This document shows positions 9,148 to 18,335 of a DNA stretch of 35,869 bases, piece after piece. The translations under genes were made by a program, and so were the position numbers. The notes below the pieces were generated by a model. It searched no databases. It was not told the DNA's origin and saw only the letters and a list, made by a program, of their open reading frames with translations. This DNA comes from a virus (taxonomy: Duplodnaviria; Caudoviricetes). The DNA lies in the IMG/VR virus record IMGVR_UViG_3300033076_001224, positions 1 to 35,869 of that record; one strand, given 5' to 3'. Within the stretch, counting starts at the first letter, position 1. Each line of letters starts with the position of its first letter.

Positions 9148-9546
9148 TTACGTCGGGTCGACCAGCGCGGCGACCGTAAGGGTGCCCGAGGTGGTGTTGG
9201 TGACGTACAAGCCCGTGACGTTGCCGCCAAACGGGCTGGCTGCGGAGCCGATATAGCTCCCGGTCAGCGTCCAGATGTAAGGAATCCCAGCGACCAGGGT
9301 AATGGTCTCTTGCGGGCTGCTGCCGTCGTTGGTCTTGACGGTCATGTTGACGTCGGACGACATCGCGATTGCCTTGAGCTTGCTGTTGGTGAACGCGAAC
9401 GCGACCGCAAGGTTGGTCTGGTTGGACGGAATCAACTCGCTGATCTGCGGCCCCGACCCCCAGGAGAGCGTCTCGGATCCCGAGATCGGCGTGGTCCCGG
9501 AAGGTCCTGGAATGTACTGGCGCGTGATTGTGTGAGAGATCGACAT
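9148..9546 (-). CDS. Hypothetical virion protein
   Basis: AGGAG RBS; Thr/Ser/Gly-rich beta sequence in the neck region. Confidence 0.6.
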   Translation of the reverse strand: MSISHTITRQYIPGPSGTTPISGSETLSWGSGPQISELIPSNQTNLAVAFAFTNSKLKAIAMSSDVNMTVKTNDGSSPQETITLVAGIPYIWTLTGSYIGSAASPFGGNVTGLYVTNTTSGTLTVAALVDPT

Positions 9547-9555
9547 GGCTGGCTC

Positions 9556-9906
9556 CTAATTGTTTTTGACACAAATACAAGAATACAAATTGCCATAGAC
9601 ACGCGTGCGGACTTTGTTGATCGTCCAGTACACGGACGACGGATCCAGAAGCACATCCCCCGGGCGCGGCGCGGCCTGGCCCATGTCCCAGATCTCCCAG
9701 ATGCAGACCTCGTCCGTTGCAAGCACGTTAGCTTCGAGCATTGCCTCTCGATCCGGAACGCCTTTCCGGCATACCGTGCAGGACACGTTCGCGGCGAATG
9801 AGTCAGTCGTCGTCGACGAGAACGCGCGTGGCTGAAGGGTCAGCGCCACCCGCATGGGTGCGGGCCAGTACAGGTAGTAGTGAGCGGTCATCGCCTTGCT
9901 GAGCAT
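9556..9906 (-). CDS. Putative head closure/adaptor protein
   Basis: 116 aa following the connector gene; PRPGDVLLD..YWTI resembles head-closure proteins. Confidence 0.55.
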   Translation of the reverse strand: MLSKAMTAHYYLYWPAPMRVALTLQPRAFSSTTTDSFAANVSCTVCRKGVPDREAMLEANVLATDEVCIWEIWDMGQAAPRPGDVLLDPSSVYWTINKVRTRVYGNLYSCICVKNN

Positions 9907-9918
9907 GCGGACGTCTCC

Positions 9919-10686
9919 CTAGAAATAGTTGCTCACGTTGATCTCTCGGGAGAGCAGGGCGACCGACTCGGACGGCAGCGTGTAATTGCCCGCGAAATAC
10001 AGGCCCATCGTGCTTGGGTCTGCAATCGTGACCGAGAAGTCGGTCATCGACACCGAGTTTGGCAGACCGCCCTGAGCCACTGCCGTGGATCGGAGAACGG
10101 TGCCGATCGCAAAGGACTGAATCGCCGTGAGCAGCGCCAGTTTCAAATGCATGTAGCTCGCGTCGATCTCGGCCTGGGACAGCCCGTGCGTATAGGTAAC
10201 CTTGATGGTTCGCAGGTAGTTCGACCAGGCCCCGTAAGTCCGGATTACTCGACTCGTGTTGCTCAGTCCAGCCACCGAGATGTCTAGGTAATAGTCCGTG
10301 GCGGAAAGGAGCGACGAGTCCGGGAACGAGCCGCCTGCGGTGTCCCAGGCCGCATAGTTCTCGTAGATCGACCCGATCGAGCGGACCCACTTCTTCGACA
10401 GCGTGAGTACGCGGCGAGCCTGATCTCCACGGACGAGCGACACAACACGCGACCCCTGAAGGTCGTAGCCCGCAATCAATGGGTCGTCGCCGAGCAGCGA
10501 GTTTGCAGTGCGGACCGGGTAGTATTCCGTAACGGTTGCGGTCTCAATCGGAGAGCCAATGACTTTCTCGATCGACTGCTGAATAAATGGCGCGGCCAGC
10601 GTCAGGAGCGTCGAAACGGACGACGGAACTGTGACTCCAGTTGCAGCCTGGAGGAACGTGTTGATCTCGTTGGTGGTGACAATCAT
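9919..10686 (-). CDS. Head-tail connector (gp6/gp15-like) with insertion
   Basis: MIVTTNEINTFL start; IKVTYTHG and LKLALL motifs typical of connectors. Confidence 0.7.
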   Translation of the reverse strand: MIVTTNEINTFLQAATGVTVPSSVSTLLTLAAPFIQQSIEKVIGSPIETATVTEYYPVRTANSLLGDDPLIAGYDLQGSRVVSLVRGDQARRVLTLSKKWVRSIGSIYENYAAWDTAGGSFPDSSLLSATDYYLDISVAGLSNTSRVIRTYGAWSNYLRTIKVTYTHGLSQAEIDASYMHLKLALLTAIQSFAIGTVLRSTAVAQGGLPNSVSMTDFSVTIADPSTMGLYFAGNYTLPSESVALLSREINVSNYF

Positions 10687-10913
10687 GGCGTCTCCAGTCC
10701 GATCTCGACGCACAATGGACACGTCGTTTCGGCGATCGCGCCAGTTTTGACGACTCGAACACGCACCTGCTTCTTGTCGCCGCACAGCTTGCATGGCCAC
10801 TTCGGAGCGCGAAGCTCGCGCAGACGCATGTCAAGGGCGTCGCGCATCGTGTTCAATAGATTTTCGTTTGACGTGCTCGCGATGAAGCCGCACACGTCGT
10901 TGATGTCAGTCAT
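10683..10913 (-). CDS. Small Zn-ribbon protein
   Basis: CKLC...CPLC; overlaps both neighbouring genes. Confidence 0.6.
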   Translation of the reverse strand: MTDINDVCGFIASTSNENLLNTMRDALDMRLRELRAPKWPCKLCGDKKQVRVRVVKTGAIAETTCPLCVEIGLETP

Positions 10914-11367
10914 TACTCTTGTCGCTCTTGCTCTTTTTTGCTGCGTCCGCCTTCGCTTCTTCATCGCTTTTTGGAGGCTCACTTGGCGTGATTTTCATGC
11001 CTCCCGACTGAAGCTGCGAGATTACCTCGCTGGCTCCCTGGTGACGCCCACGCTCGAACGCGTCACTGCGGTGATATGCGATAAGCTCGTCCATGCGCCC
11101 ATTGATCTTCGTGGTTAGCTGCGCGGCTTTTTCCTTGGCCTCCGCCGTTATGCTTGTGTTCTCGTCGATCTTTTGTTCGACGACCCTGTTCTTGACGTGG
11201 CGATCAATAAGCTGAACGATCAGCCCGGCGAGAACCAGCAGTTGGAGCGTTGTCGTGTGATCGCCGAAATGCATGTTGATCGCCACGATCGCAACCGACA
11301 GAACGAAGACGCCCCCAATCGCCGCCAGAGGCAGCCCTCCAGACCAGATATCTTTTTTGTGAGGCAT
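10906..11367 (-). CDS. Two-TM membrane protein (holin-like)
   Basis: Two hydrophobic helices followed by a charged C-terminal tail; AGGAG RBS. Confidence 0.5.
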   Translation of the reverse strand: MPHKKDIWSGGLPLAAIGGVFVLSVAIVAINMHFGDHTTTLQLLVLAGLIVQLIDRHVKNRVVEQKIDENTSITAEAKEKAAQLTTKINGRMDELIAYHRSDAFERGRHQGASEVISQLQSGGMKITPSEPPKSDEEAKADAAKKSKSDKSND

Positions 11368-11377
11368 GACAGCGCTC

Positions 11378-11539
11378 CTATTTGGTTTGGTAGCTCCCGG
11401 AACCTGAGCCTTTGCAGGTCGGGCACGGTTTTGGCGTGGCGACGCCCTTGACCGAGACCAGCAAGGTCTTGGTTCCCTTGCAGGTCTGGCAGACGGCGTC
11501 GCCGAGGCCGATCGATTTGTTGTTGCTGGGTCGGTCCAT
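11378..11539 (-). CDS. 53-aa DnaJ-type CxxCxG zinc-finger microprotein (not in ORF track)
   Basis: MDRPSNNKSIGLGDAVCQTCKGTKTLLVSVKGVATPKPCPTCKGSGSGSYQTK fills the gap between its neighbours. Confidence 0.65.
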   Translation of the reverse strand: MDRPSNNKSIGLGDAVCQTCKGTKTLLVSVKGVATPKPCPTCKGSGSGSYQTK

Positions 11540-11540
11540 T

Positions 11541-12059
11541 TTAGCCCGCTCTCGTCATCGGTCGGTACGCGTTGGTCTCATTGTCGTTGCCGCGCAGAAC
11601 CTTGCCGGGGAGCGCGTCGATCTCGGCCATGGTTGGGACGCTACCCTTGCGGACGACCGCGTGCGAGGCGTCCAAAAACCGACGAGCCCAATAGGCCCAG
11701 GTCTTGAGCGCGTCGTCATCCATGTCGGCGTACGATTCTGGCTTGTCAGGCCCGCACTTCGTCCCGAAGGCGGCTTCGACGGTTCGAGCGATCGACGCGA
11801 GCAGGTCCGCGTTGTTGGGGTCGCTCAGCGGGTCCCAGATTTTTGCGGTGCCCTTCGGGAAGGAGACGTACACACAGTGCCCGGGAATGTCGCGCAGATT
11901 CCGCATGGCTGCGGCCTGGCCCTCCACGTCGATTGTCATGTCGCGAACATTGTCATGGAGCCACGCCCCGCGCAGCATCTTCTGCGTCGGTGGCCAGAGT
12001 CGATTGCTGTTACGCTTGTCCGTGATCTCGATCACGAACTCAAACTTAGAGTCGCTCAA
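11541..12059 (-). CDS. Hypothetical protein
   Basis: TTG start with AGGAG RBS, 172 aa. Confidence 0.7.
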   Translation of the reverse strand: MSDSKFEFVIEITDKRNSNRLWPPTQKMLRGAWLHDNVRDMTIDVEGQAAAMRNLRDIPGHCVYVSFPKGTAKIWDPLSDPNNADLLASIARTVEAAFGTKCGPDKPESYADMDDDALKTWAYWARRFLDASHAVVRKGSVPTMAEIDALPGKVLRGNDNETNAYRPMTRAG

Positions 12060-12114
12060 CTGGATCTCCTAGTGATTGTGCTGTATCAGGATGTCGGCGA
12101 CGTGCCTCGACCCT

Positions 12115-12145
12115 AAAAACAAGCCCGTCAAATATTTGACGGGCT
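12115..12145 (-). terminator. Perfect 24-bp palindrome / terminator containing GTCAAA-TA-TTTGAC
   Basis: AGCCCGTCAAATATTTGACGGGCT (12122-12145) followed by TGTTTTT on the minus strand. Confidence 0.7.
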
Positions 12146-12171
12146 CATTGTAAGGACTATGAAAGCCCCCG

Positions 12172-12621
12172 TTATCGAATCGGAGCCTTGGCGACGTCGC
12201 CGCCGACCACGTACGGGTCCAGTTGCCACAGGAGGACCTTGAAATCCTCCTGGTTCATATCAGCCGCACCACTGATCGTGATGTGAAGCTCTTTCGCACC
12301 GCTCACGGCGAAACGGGCGTTGGCGAGGTGGATTTCGTACAGGCCGGGATGATTGGTCGCATCGACCTCCTTGAAGCGGCACTTCGTCGCCGTGGGGGCG
12401 GCATAGGTGCCGAGCGTCGAGATGGTTTCGATCGTGCCACCGGCTTGCGTGTAGGCGGTTGCGGTCGCCTCGTTGTCGGCGCGCGTGCTGATAATCAGGC
12501 TGGCGGTGTTGTGCGCCAGTCCGGTCTTGCCGCTGTTATCGGCATTCGACAGGTCGCGCAGCTTGACCTGGAGAATCACGCTCGTTGCCGAGTGCTTGAC
12601 GATTTTCAGAATGCTGTGCAT
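12172..12621 (-). CDS. Hypothetical virion-associated protein
   Basis: ATG 12621 with GAGG RBS; beta-rich; downstream of capsid. Confidence 0.65.
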   Translation of the reverse strand: MHSILKIVKHSATSVILQVKLRDLSNADNSGKTGLAHNTASLIISTRADNEATATAYTQAGGTIETISTLGTYAAPTATKCRFKEVDATNHPGLYEIHLANARFAVSGAKELHITISGAADMNQEDFKVLLWQLDPYVVGGDVAKAPIR

Positions 12622-12692
12622 GTATTGGTCCTCGAAAGCTCGCAGCATTCAGGGGTTGACTGCCTGCTGCGAGCGCTAGGTAAGGAAGACGA

Positions 12693-13331
12693 TTAGACGC
12701 CGTAGGTGATTGCCGCGAATTCCAGGTATCCCTGCGCGGTCGCGTTGTCGGAGTGAATCAGCATGGGCTCGCCGACACCGAGCGTGGAGAGCAAGGCAGC
12801 GCCATTGCCGTCCCAGGTGTAGGTCATGCTTACCGGAGGAACGTACTTCGGGTGTGCCGAGCCGGTGTTCGGATCGGAGTCCGCTGGGACGCCGAAGAAG
12901 AAGATCTCGGTTCCTGCGGCGAGTGCGGCCCCGAGCGCGCTGACCGCACAGGTCACGAGTCCGTTGGCGTCAGTCGTGGGTGAACCGGTTAGCTTGTTGT
13001 AAGCCCAGGTTCCGTCTCCTTGCCTATAGGCGATCCAGTCGCCCGAGGCGATATTGTTGGCGGCGACGGTCTTGGCCGAGCCCCACGCCCCCGGGTCCTC
13101 CGCGAGAACGATGCTGGTCGCCCCTTTGGCGGCTGCGGAAGACAGGAGCACCTTCGAGAGCGGACGCATGAACGTCAGGCTGTGCGCGGTCGCCCCCGAA
13201 GTGTAGGAGACCTTGTGCAACTTGATCTTGTGGTCCTTGTGGCCAGGAACCAGGGCGACGAACGCAGTGCCTGCGGACGCGGTCGTGTAAGGCACGCCGA
13301 ATCCAGGAAAAGCGCCGAGAGTGTGGCTCAT
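12693..13331 (-). CDS. Putative capsid decoration protein
   Basis: ATG 13331 with AGGAG RBS; Ala/Gly/Thr-rich; first gene after the major capsid gene. Confidence 0.55.
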   Translation of the reverse strand: MSHTLGAFPGFGVPYTTASAGTAFVALVPGHKDHKIKLHKVSYTSGATAHSLTFMRPLSKVLLSSAAAKGATSIVLAEDPGAWGSAKTVAANNIASGDWIAYRQGDGTWAYNKLTGSPTTDANGLVTCAVSALGAALAAGTEIFFFGVPADSDPNTGSAHPKYVPPVSMTYTWDGNGAALLSTLGVGEPMLIHSDNATAQGYLEFAAITYGV

Positions 13332-13364
13332 AGGTAAAACTCCTTGGTATTGTTTTCGTGGCGG

Positions 13365-13400
13365 AAGAGAAAACCCGGGCCACCTCAAGGCAGCCCGGGA
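13365..13400 (-). terminator. Intrinsic terminator after major capsid gene
   Basis: CCCGGGC...GCCCGGG stem followed by TTTTCTCTT. Confidence 0.7.
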
Positions 13401-13412
13401 GAGAAGTCACGA

Positions 13413-14996
13413 TTACTGCCAGCCGTCCGTGAACAGCGACACGGCGTTCCCGGTTTCCATCTGGCCACCGAAACGCATGCGGACAACGATCAGCCGCTGG
13501 TTGGTCAGCGCGAGGTGCTGGCCTTCGGTGACCACACGGATCGTCATGCCGAGGCGGCGATACATGCGGTAACGCTTCAGGTTGACATAGGCGACCGCTC
13601 CGTCGTCCACGTCGTTCTGGATCTTGAACGGGCGATCGATCGCGGTGTACGAACCGTAATCCATGCCCTGGACTCGGCGCTCGTCGCCGGGGCCGACCGG
13701 AATCTTGCGGAAGCGACGGTAGGAGAGGTCGTTGCCGAGGTAAGCCGTCATGGCTCCCGCCTCGAAGCGGTATTGTTTTTCGAGCGCGAACATCAACGCT
13801 TCGAGGTCGCCGATCGTCAGCTTTCCGCCTGGCCCGTTCTCGGAGTTGATCGATCGCGGCGAGGCGGTGTTCATGATGCCCAGCGGCTGCGACACGCCAT
13901 CGCCGACCGCGATGTACTTGTCCAACTGCTGCTGCATCACCAAGCCCCACTGCTGGGTGATGCGGGCACCGAATCCGATCGGCGTATCCTCCTCGAAATC
14001 CATGCCCAACAGAACCGCGCCGACGGACGGATAGATCGGCGTATCGAAGGCCGAGATGAATCCGCTGGTCGAGAACGGAGTGATCGCCGTGCCTTCCGCC
14101 ACACCCGACGTGATCGTCGGATTGTTCATCGCTGCGCCCTTCATGCGGCGACCCTGCGACACGTTGATGACGTTGACGAACGGAAACAGTTCCCCGTAGA
14201 GCACCGGGTACAGAATCAGCGCGTCGTCGAACACGACCGGCGCGGCTTCCAGGCCACCGGAGATCGTGTCGTCGAGGATGGACTTGTACTGAAGCTCGGT
14301 GAGGCGCTGGCCATCCACGGCGACCTCGCCCGCGTACGAGCCCTTGATGATCCCGGTCCAGGGAAGCTCACGCGCGGCGTAATTGATGAGGTCGTAGTCG
14401 TGGTCGGTCATTTTCAGGTGGCGCGGAATCTCGCCGATCCCGGCGCTCTTGGAGACAGCCCACTTGTAGTAGGCCCCGCTGACCGCTTTCGCCAGGTCGG
14501 ACGGATGGTCGAGTTGACGGAAGTCGTACTCGGCGGGACGCCCGGCCAACGCATGCTTCCGCACCAGATCGCCCGAGCCCGAGGTCTCCGGGTAGAAGGC
14601 CTTGGTCGTGGTGGTGCTGTAGCGGTCCGCGACGCTCTTGATGCGGATATTGTGACTCCCGCTTCCGCCGAACAGCGCTGCGGGCGTGAGGTCGCTGGCG
14701 TCACTCTTGGAGACGCCGTGCTTCTTGAGCGCGGCCTCGACGCTCTTGGAGACGATCTCGTCGATCTGCTCCTGGCTCATGCCCGTGCTGGCGGGCGCGG
14801 CCTTCTTTTTCTTGACCGGCGCGTCCGCCTGAGCCGCAAGCGACTTCAGTTGCGACGGAGTGATCTTTCCCTTGTGGGGGCCGGAACCGGCGAGGGAAAG
14901 CGCGATCGCCTTACGGAAATCGGAGTCGCTCGACGACTTGGAGCAGCCGAGGTTGGCGATCGCGAATTCCTTCAGCGCGGTGGTGAGAGGAAACAT
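13413..14996 (-). CDS. Major capsid protein (HK97 fold) with long N-terminal delta domain
   Basis: VAEG motif, GDGVSQPLGI, C-terminal RMRFGG; follows the prohead protease gene. Confidence 0.9.
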   Translation of the reverse strand: MFPLTTALKEFAIANLGCSKSSSDSDFRKAIALSLAGSGPHKGKITPSQLKSLAAQADAPVKKKKAAPASTGMSQEQIDEIVSKSVEAALKKHGVSKSDASDLTPAALFGGSGSHNIRIKSVADRYSTTTTKAFYPETSGSGDLVRKHALAGRPAEYDFRQLDHPSDLAKAVSGAYYKWAVSKSAGIGEIPRHLKMTDHDYDLINYAARELPWTGIIKGSYAGEVAVDGQRLTELQYKSILDDTISGGLEAAPVVFDDALILYPVLYGELFPFVNVINVSQGRRMKGAAMNNPTITSGVAEGTAITPFSTSGFISAFDTPIYPSVGAVLLGMDFEEDTPIGFGARITQQWGLVMQQQLDKYIAVGDGVSQPLGIMNTASPRSINSENGPGGKLTIGDLEALMFALEKQYRFEAGAMTAYLGNDLSYRRFRKIPVGPGDERRVQGMDYGSYTAIDRPFKIQNDVDDGAVAYVNLKRYRMYRRLGMTIRVVTEGQHLALTNQRLIVVRMRFGGQMETGNAVSLFTDGWQ

Positions 14997-15025
14997 TTAT
15001 TGGCTCCTTGGAAAAACTTGTTGCC

Positions 15026-15071
15026 AAAAAAAAAGGGAACCAGAAGCGCTGTTGTGCTTCCGGTTCCCTTT
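15026..15071 (-). terminator. Intrinsic terminator-like hairpin between protease and capsid genes
   Basis: GGGAACCGGAAGC/GCTTCTGGTTCCC stem followed by a T9 run. Confidence 0.75.
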
Positions 15072-15109
15072 CGGTAAACCTGGACCGTTTGTAGTTTTGC
15101 TCGGCAGAC

Positions 15110-16819
15110 TTATTCGATCGCGGACTTCACGATGTCCGCAAGGTGCTTTTCGATCGCCTCGTCGAGGGACTCCTTGACGGCGATCATGGTGTCAAGGTCT
15201 GGGCTGGCGTCCATTGCCAGGTGCGCCATCAGTTTGTGGGCGACCTGCTCGGCAGACTTTCCGTCCCACCCCTCGACGCCGTCGTCGTTCGCGTCGACAT
15301 CGTCGCCCTTCTCTTCGTCGACGTCGTCTTCCTTTTCCTTGTCGTCTTCGTCTTCGTCCTCGTCGTCGGACTTCTCGTCGTCGACGTCGTCGTCCTTCTC
15401 TTCCTTGTCCTCGTCCTCATCGTCGGACTTCTTGTTCTTGTCCTCGTCGTCTTCCTTTTTGTCCGTGTCGTCGTCGTCCTGGCTGTCTTCCTTCGCCAGG
15501 AGATCAAAGGAGTGCGACAAGAGGCTGGCGACTTCGGACAGCGACGCAAGCTTGGAGGCCAGTTGCGTGCTGACGCCGTTTAGTTTGCAGGCCGAGGTCG
15601 CCGTGGAGGCGATCGACTTGAGCGCTGAGGCGGAGGTGCCAAGGTCCTTGGCGAACGCGGCACGCATCTCGTCGTAGTTCAGGCTGGACGCCGACTTCAC
15701 GACAGCGGCTTCCGCTTCGGCCTCCGAAGCAGCGATCGTGGTGACAGTATGGTTGTGTGCGGCGGTCAGGATCGCTGCCACGTCCCCCGGAACGTCGGCT
15801 TCCGCCGTCAACGACTTGAGTTGCGCGAGCAGATTCTTGACGCTCTCCTTCTTCGCGACCGGAGTCGCGGCGGGAGGCGTCGCCGCAGGGGTCTCGGTCG
15901 GAGCCGGTGCTGCGGCAGGAGGCGTCTTGACGATGGTGTCGTCTTCTGTTGGCTCCACTTTTTTCTCCTTCTCGGGATGGATGTTGACCGTCAGGTGGAT
16001 CGGGAGCCGACCTCCCGAAAGGAGATCGTAGCCGGACTTCACCGTGACCGGCTTGAGATCCCAGAGTTTCTGTCCCCAGGCCTTCATGTAGTCGGTGTGG
16101 AATTTTGCACGCGAAACCTGAGTGATGATCGCGTCTTCCTGCGCCGGAATCGTGACCAAGGAGGTTTCGGCGACATAGCACTTTTCGATCAGCCAGCCGT
16201 TCCGCCCCTCGTCCTCCCAGTGCTCCGAGTCTTGGTTGATGGACTTGAATACCTTTGGGCTAAATCCGATCGACAGACGGTACGCGCCCATCTCGACCAG
16301 GGGGGCGTTATCGGTCGCGAGCGGCGTGTCCGCCATCGACCAGTGATTCAGGACAAGGCTGTTGTTTTGCTGGAGAACGCCACACAGTTTCCCTACAGGC
16401 AAAGTGGGATTGTGGTGCAGCAGGAGAGCCTGATTCGGATCGAACTCGGCTCCCGCCGGTTCGACGACGTCGCCCTGGCGATCCTTGGTGCGTGAGGTTG
16501 CGATCCCCTCGAAGTCAAGGATCGAACCGGGTGTGAGGTCGTTGTCCTTGCGGCTTGGAGCGCCGAAGGATTTGGCGTTCTTGAGGCTAACCCCGCCCTT
16601 GACGATAGTGTCCTGATCGGTGTAGGTAAATCGGCAGGTCGCTTCACGCTTGGCGGATTCCCAGGCCTTCTGCGTCGTCCCGGCGACCGTCCACGGCGCT
16701 CCGCCAACACCCTCAGTGGCGGCAAAATACGCGATCGCCAGCCCGATCCCGTGACCGGACAGGTCGATCTGCGATGCGTATTTCTTCTGGATTGAGGCGA
16801 GCAAGGCCAGCAAATCCAT
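15110..16819 (-). CDS. HK97-family prohead protease fused to scaffold-like/acidic region
   Basis: DRQGDVV, LLHHNPTLPVGK, LSIGF, ETSLVTIPAQEDA; Pro/Ala linker and D/E/K tract. Confidence 0.85.
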   Translation of the reverse strand: MDLLALLASIQKKYASQIDLSGHGIGLAIAYFAATEGVGGAPWTVAGTTQKAWESAKREATCRFTYTDQDTIVKGGVSLKNAKSFGAPSRKDNDLTPGSILDFEGIATSRTKDRQGDVVEPAGAEFDPNQALLLHHNPTLPVGKLCGVLQQNNSLVLNHWSMADTPLATDNAPLVEMGAYRLSIGFSPKVFKSINQDSEHWEDEGRNGWLIEKCYVAETSLVTIPAQEDAIITQVSRAKFHTDYMKAWGQKLWDLKPVTVKSGYDLLSGGRLPIHLTVNIHPEKEKKVEPTEDDTIVKTPPAAAPAPTETPAATPPAATPVAKKESVKNLLAQLKSLTAEADVPGDVAAILTAAHNHTVTTIAASEAEAEAAVVKSASSLNYDEMRAAFAKDLGTSASALKSIASTATSACKLNGVSTQLASKLASLSEVASLLSHSFDLLAKEDSQDDDDTDKKEDDEDKNKKSDDEDEDKEEKDDDVDDEKSDDEDEDEDDKEKEDDVDEEKGDDVDANDDGVEGWDGKSAEQVAHKLMAHLAMDASPDLDTMIAVKESLDEAIEKHLADIVKSAIE

Positions 16820-16830
16820 AGCAACCCCAC

Positions 16831-16861
16831 AAAAAAAGCCAGTCGCAATTTGCGGCTGGCT
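16831..16861 (-). terminator. Intrinsic terminator-like hairpin before protease gene
   Basis: AGCCAGCCGCA/TGCGACTGGCT stem followed by a T run. Confidence 0.75.
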
Positions 16862-16924
16862 CCATTAAAGGTACCCCTGTCAAAATTCGACAGGATTACC
16901 CTATGTGGTTTTTTTTCGGGCGGT

Positions 16925-17326
16925 CTAAAATCGTCGCCCACGCTCGATTGCCTCCTGCAAGAGCGTGGCAAACGTCCGGTCCCGCCACTCCTGGTAGTCG
17001 GTGTTGCGGCTAGATTGAGACACGCGCCAGACTCCGAACGCGTACAGGACGACGGCTTGGCGCGGCATTGCGGTAGCCGGAACGAATGGTGGAGCGTAAG
17101 CTTTCGTTTTCTGCTCACCCTGGTCCGCTTTCTCTCCCGGCGCATGGGACAGTTGGTTTTTCATGTACGATGTCGGGAGTCCGCGAAAATCCGGGTCCCA
17201 GTCTACAGTGACGTGGTCGCCGCGAATCCTCGCGATCCTTCCGGTTGCGCGTCCATGCACCCCGAACGCAGTCCCCGTGTCCGTCAAAAATTTGACGGAC
17301 AAACAAACCCGGTCGTTTTTCTTCAC
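16925..17326 (-). CDS. Hypothetical protein (SH3/KOW-like N-terminus)
   Basis: GTG start; MKKNDRV...GRIARIRGDHVTVDWD. Confidence 0.5.
   Translation of the reverse strand: MKKNDRVCLSVKFLTDTGTAFGVHGRATGRIARIRGDHVTVDWDPDFRGLPTSYMKNQLSHAPGEKADQGEQKTKAYAPPFVPATAMPRQAVVLYAFGVWRVSQSSRNTDYQEWRDRTFATLLQEAIERGRRF
17278..17301. promoter_or_regulatory. 24-bp palindrome TGTCC-GTCAAA-AA-TTTGAC-GGACA
   Basis: 11-bp perfect arms around an exact core motif. Confidence 0.6.
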
Positions 17327-17339
17327 TGGAATTTCCTTT

Positions 17340-17633
17340 CTAAAGGTTGACGACTTGGCGTCCCGCCTTGCCGTCGAGAATTAGATTGACCTCGACCTGG
17401 ATCTCGTCCAGGAGGTCTTGAAGACGACGCTGACGATACTGGTGCTGGGCTACCGCAGACGGAAACAAGCCTGGCTCCAGGTAGTAGTCACGCCCGTTAG
17501 GAGCCGACTTTCCCAATGCCTCCTGAGCCGCCTGGATCGCTGCGTAGGCGACTTCCAGGTCCTCAAGGAGGCTTTCCTTGCTCGTCCCATTCAGGTGGAC
17601 GTACGGGGCGATGACGATCACTTGCTTGCTCAC
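17340..17633 (-). CDS. Hypothetical phage protein
   Basis: GTGA overlap with upstream gene; HLNGTS...APNGRDYY; helical. Confidence 0.65.
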   Translation of the reverse strand: MSKQVIVIAPYVHLNGTSKESLLEDLEVAYAAIQAAQEALGKSAPNGRDYYLEPGLFPSAVAQHQYRQRRLQDLLDEIQVEVNLILDGKAGRQVVNL

Positions 17634-17875
17634 TGCTCGCCTCCAAACCACGCGATGCGGTCGGATTCGAGCGCGTCGTCAAGGGCGGTGTAGATTCCGT
17701 CCCGGATGCGCTGCCGCAGGATTTCGATCTCGCTCTCCGTCTCCCGGATTGCCTGATCCAGAGTCATCCAGCCCGGGACGCCCGTGGAGTCGCCGGACTG
17801 GAGTGTCTCAAGCTGCTTTTCCGCCTCAGCGAGGAGACATGGGTAACTGTCCACTTGCTTCAGGTGCTCGTACAT
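17630..17875 (-). CDS. Small acidic hypothetical protein
   Basis: GGAG RBS; coupled to the next gene. Confidence 0.65.
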   Translation of the reverse strand: MYEHLKQVDSYPCLLAEAEKQLETLQSGDSTGVPGWMTLDQAIRETESEIEILRQRIRDGIYTALDDALESDRIAWFGGEQ

Positions 17876-17886
17876 GATCGTTCTCC

Positions 17887-18090
17887 CTATTGTCCGACAG
17901 TTTCAAGTTCTCGCTTGGTGCCGAACTCTCCGTTTCCCAGGTAATACTGATCACATCCAAGGCATTGCATGCCAAGGTGCGGTTCCGCCGTCACAGGGAC
18001 GTCCAGGCCCTCGACGCCAAACCCTTCCGCACAGCAAAGGCAACGGAAGTCGCTGAAAATCACATAGCCGTAAACCTTGCTGCACTTCAT
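17887..18090 (-). CDS. Small Cys-rich protein
   Basis: ATG 18090 with GGAG RBS; CLCC...CLGC. Confidence 0.6.
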   Translation of the reverse strand: MKCSKVYGYVIFSDFRCLCCAEGFGVEGLDVPVTAEPHLGMQCLGCDQYYLGNGEFGTKRELETVGQ

Positions 18091-18128
18091 GATCGGCTCC
18101 CGATAAAACCTCTTGCCTCGACACAATA

Positions 18129-18157
18129 AATATACACCAGTTATTGAGTTTTGACAA
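18129..18157 (-). promoter_or_regulatory. Sigma70-type promoter TTGTCA-N17-TATATT
   Basis: 17-bp spacer and AT-rich upstream region; paralogous to 18646-18674. Confidence 0.7.
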
Positions 18158-18170
18158 GAGGTTTTTTGGA

Positions 18171-18323
18171 TTATTTTCCAATTCGCCGAACAATTTCCGG
18201 TCGATACAAGGACCGGACACACACCTCGCAGGCGTGATAGGTTCGCAGCCCGTTGTCCTTTACGACCAGGACTGCGACCTTTTTTTTGCAGCAGGCACAA
18301 GAAACCTTTTCGACACGATTCAT
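18171..18323 (-). CDS. 50-aa zinc-finger microprotein (not in ORF track)
   Basis: MNRVEKVSCACCKKKVAVLVVKDNGLRTYHACEVCVRSLYRPEIVRRIGK; GGAG RBS. Confidence 0.6.
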   Translation of the reverse strand: MNRVEKVSCACCKKKVAVLVVKDNGLRTYHACEVCVRSLYRPEIVRRIGK

Positions 18324-18335
18324 GCCTTTCTCCGT

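Noticed and set aside
13331-13415. Stop-codon readthrough fusing capsid to the in-frame downstream gene
   Set aside because: Two stops (TAA then TGA) and a terminator intervene, and the downstream gene has its own RBS
13344-15077. 577-aa plus-strand ORF
   Set aside because: Antisense shadow of the major capsid gene in GC-rich DNA
15280-15490. TCG/TCC-rich microsatellite-like tract
   Set aside because: Explained by Asp/Glu codons of the protease acidic region
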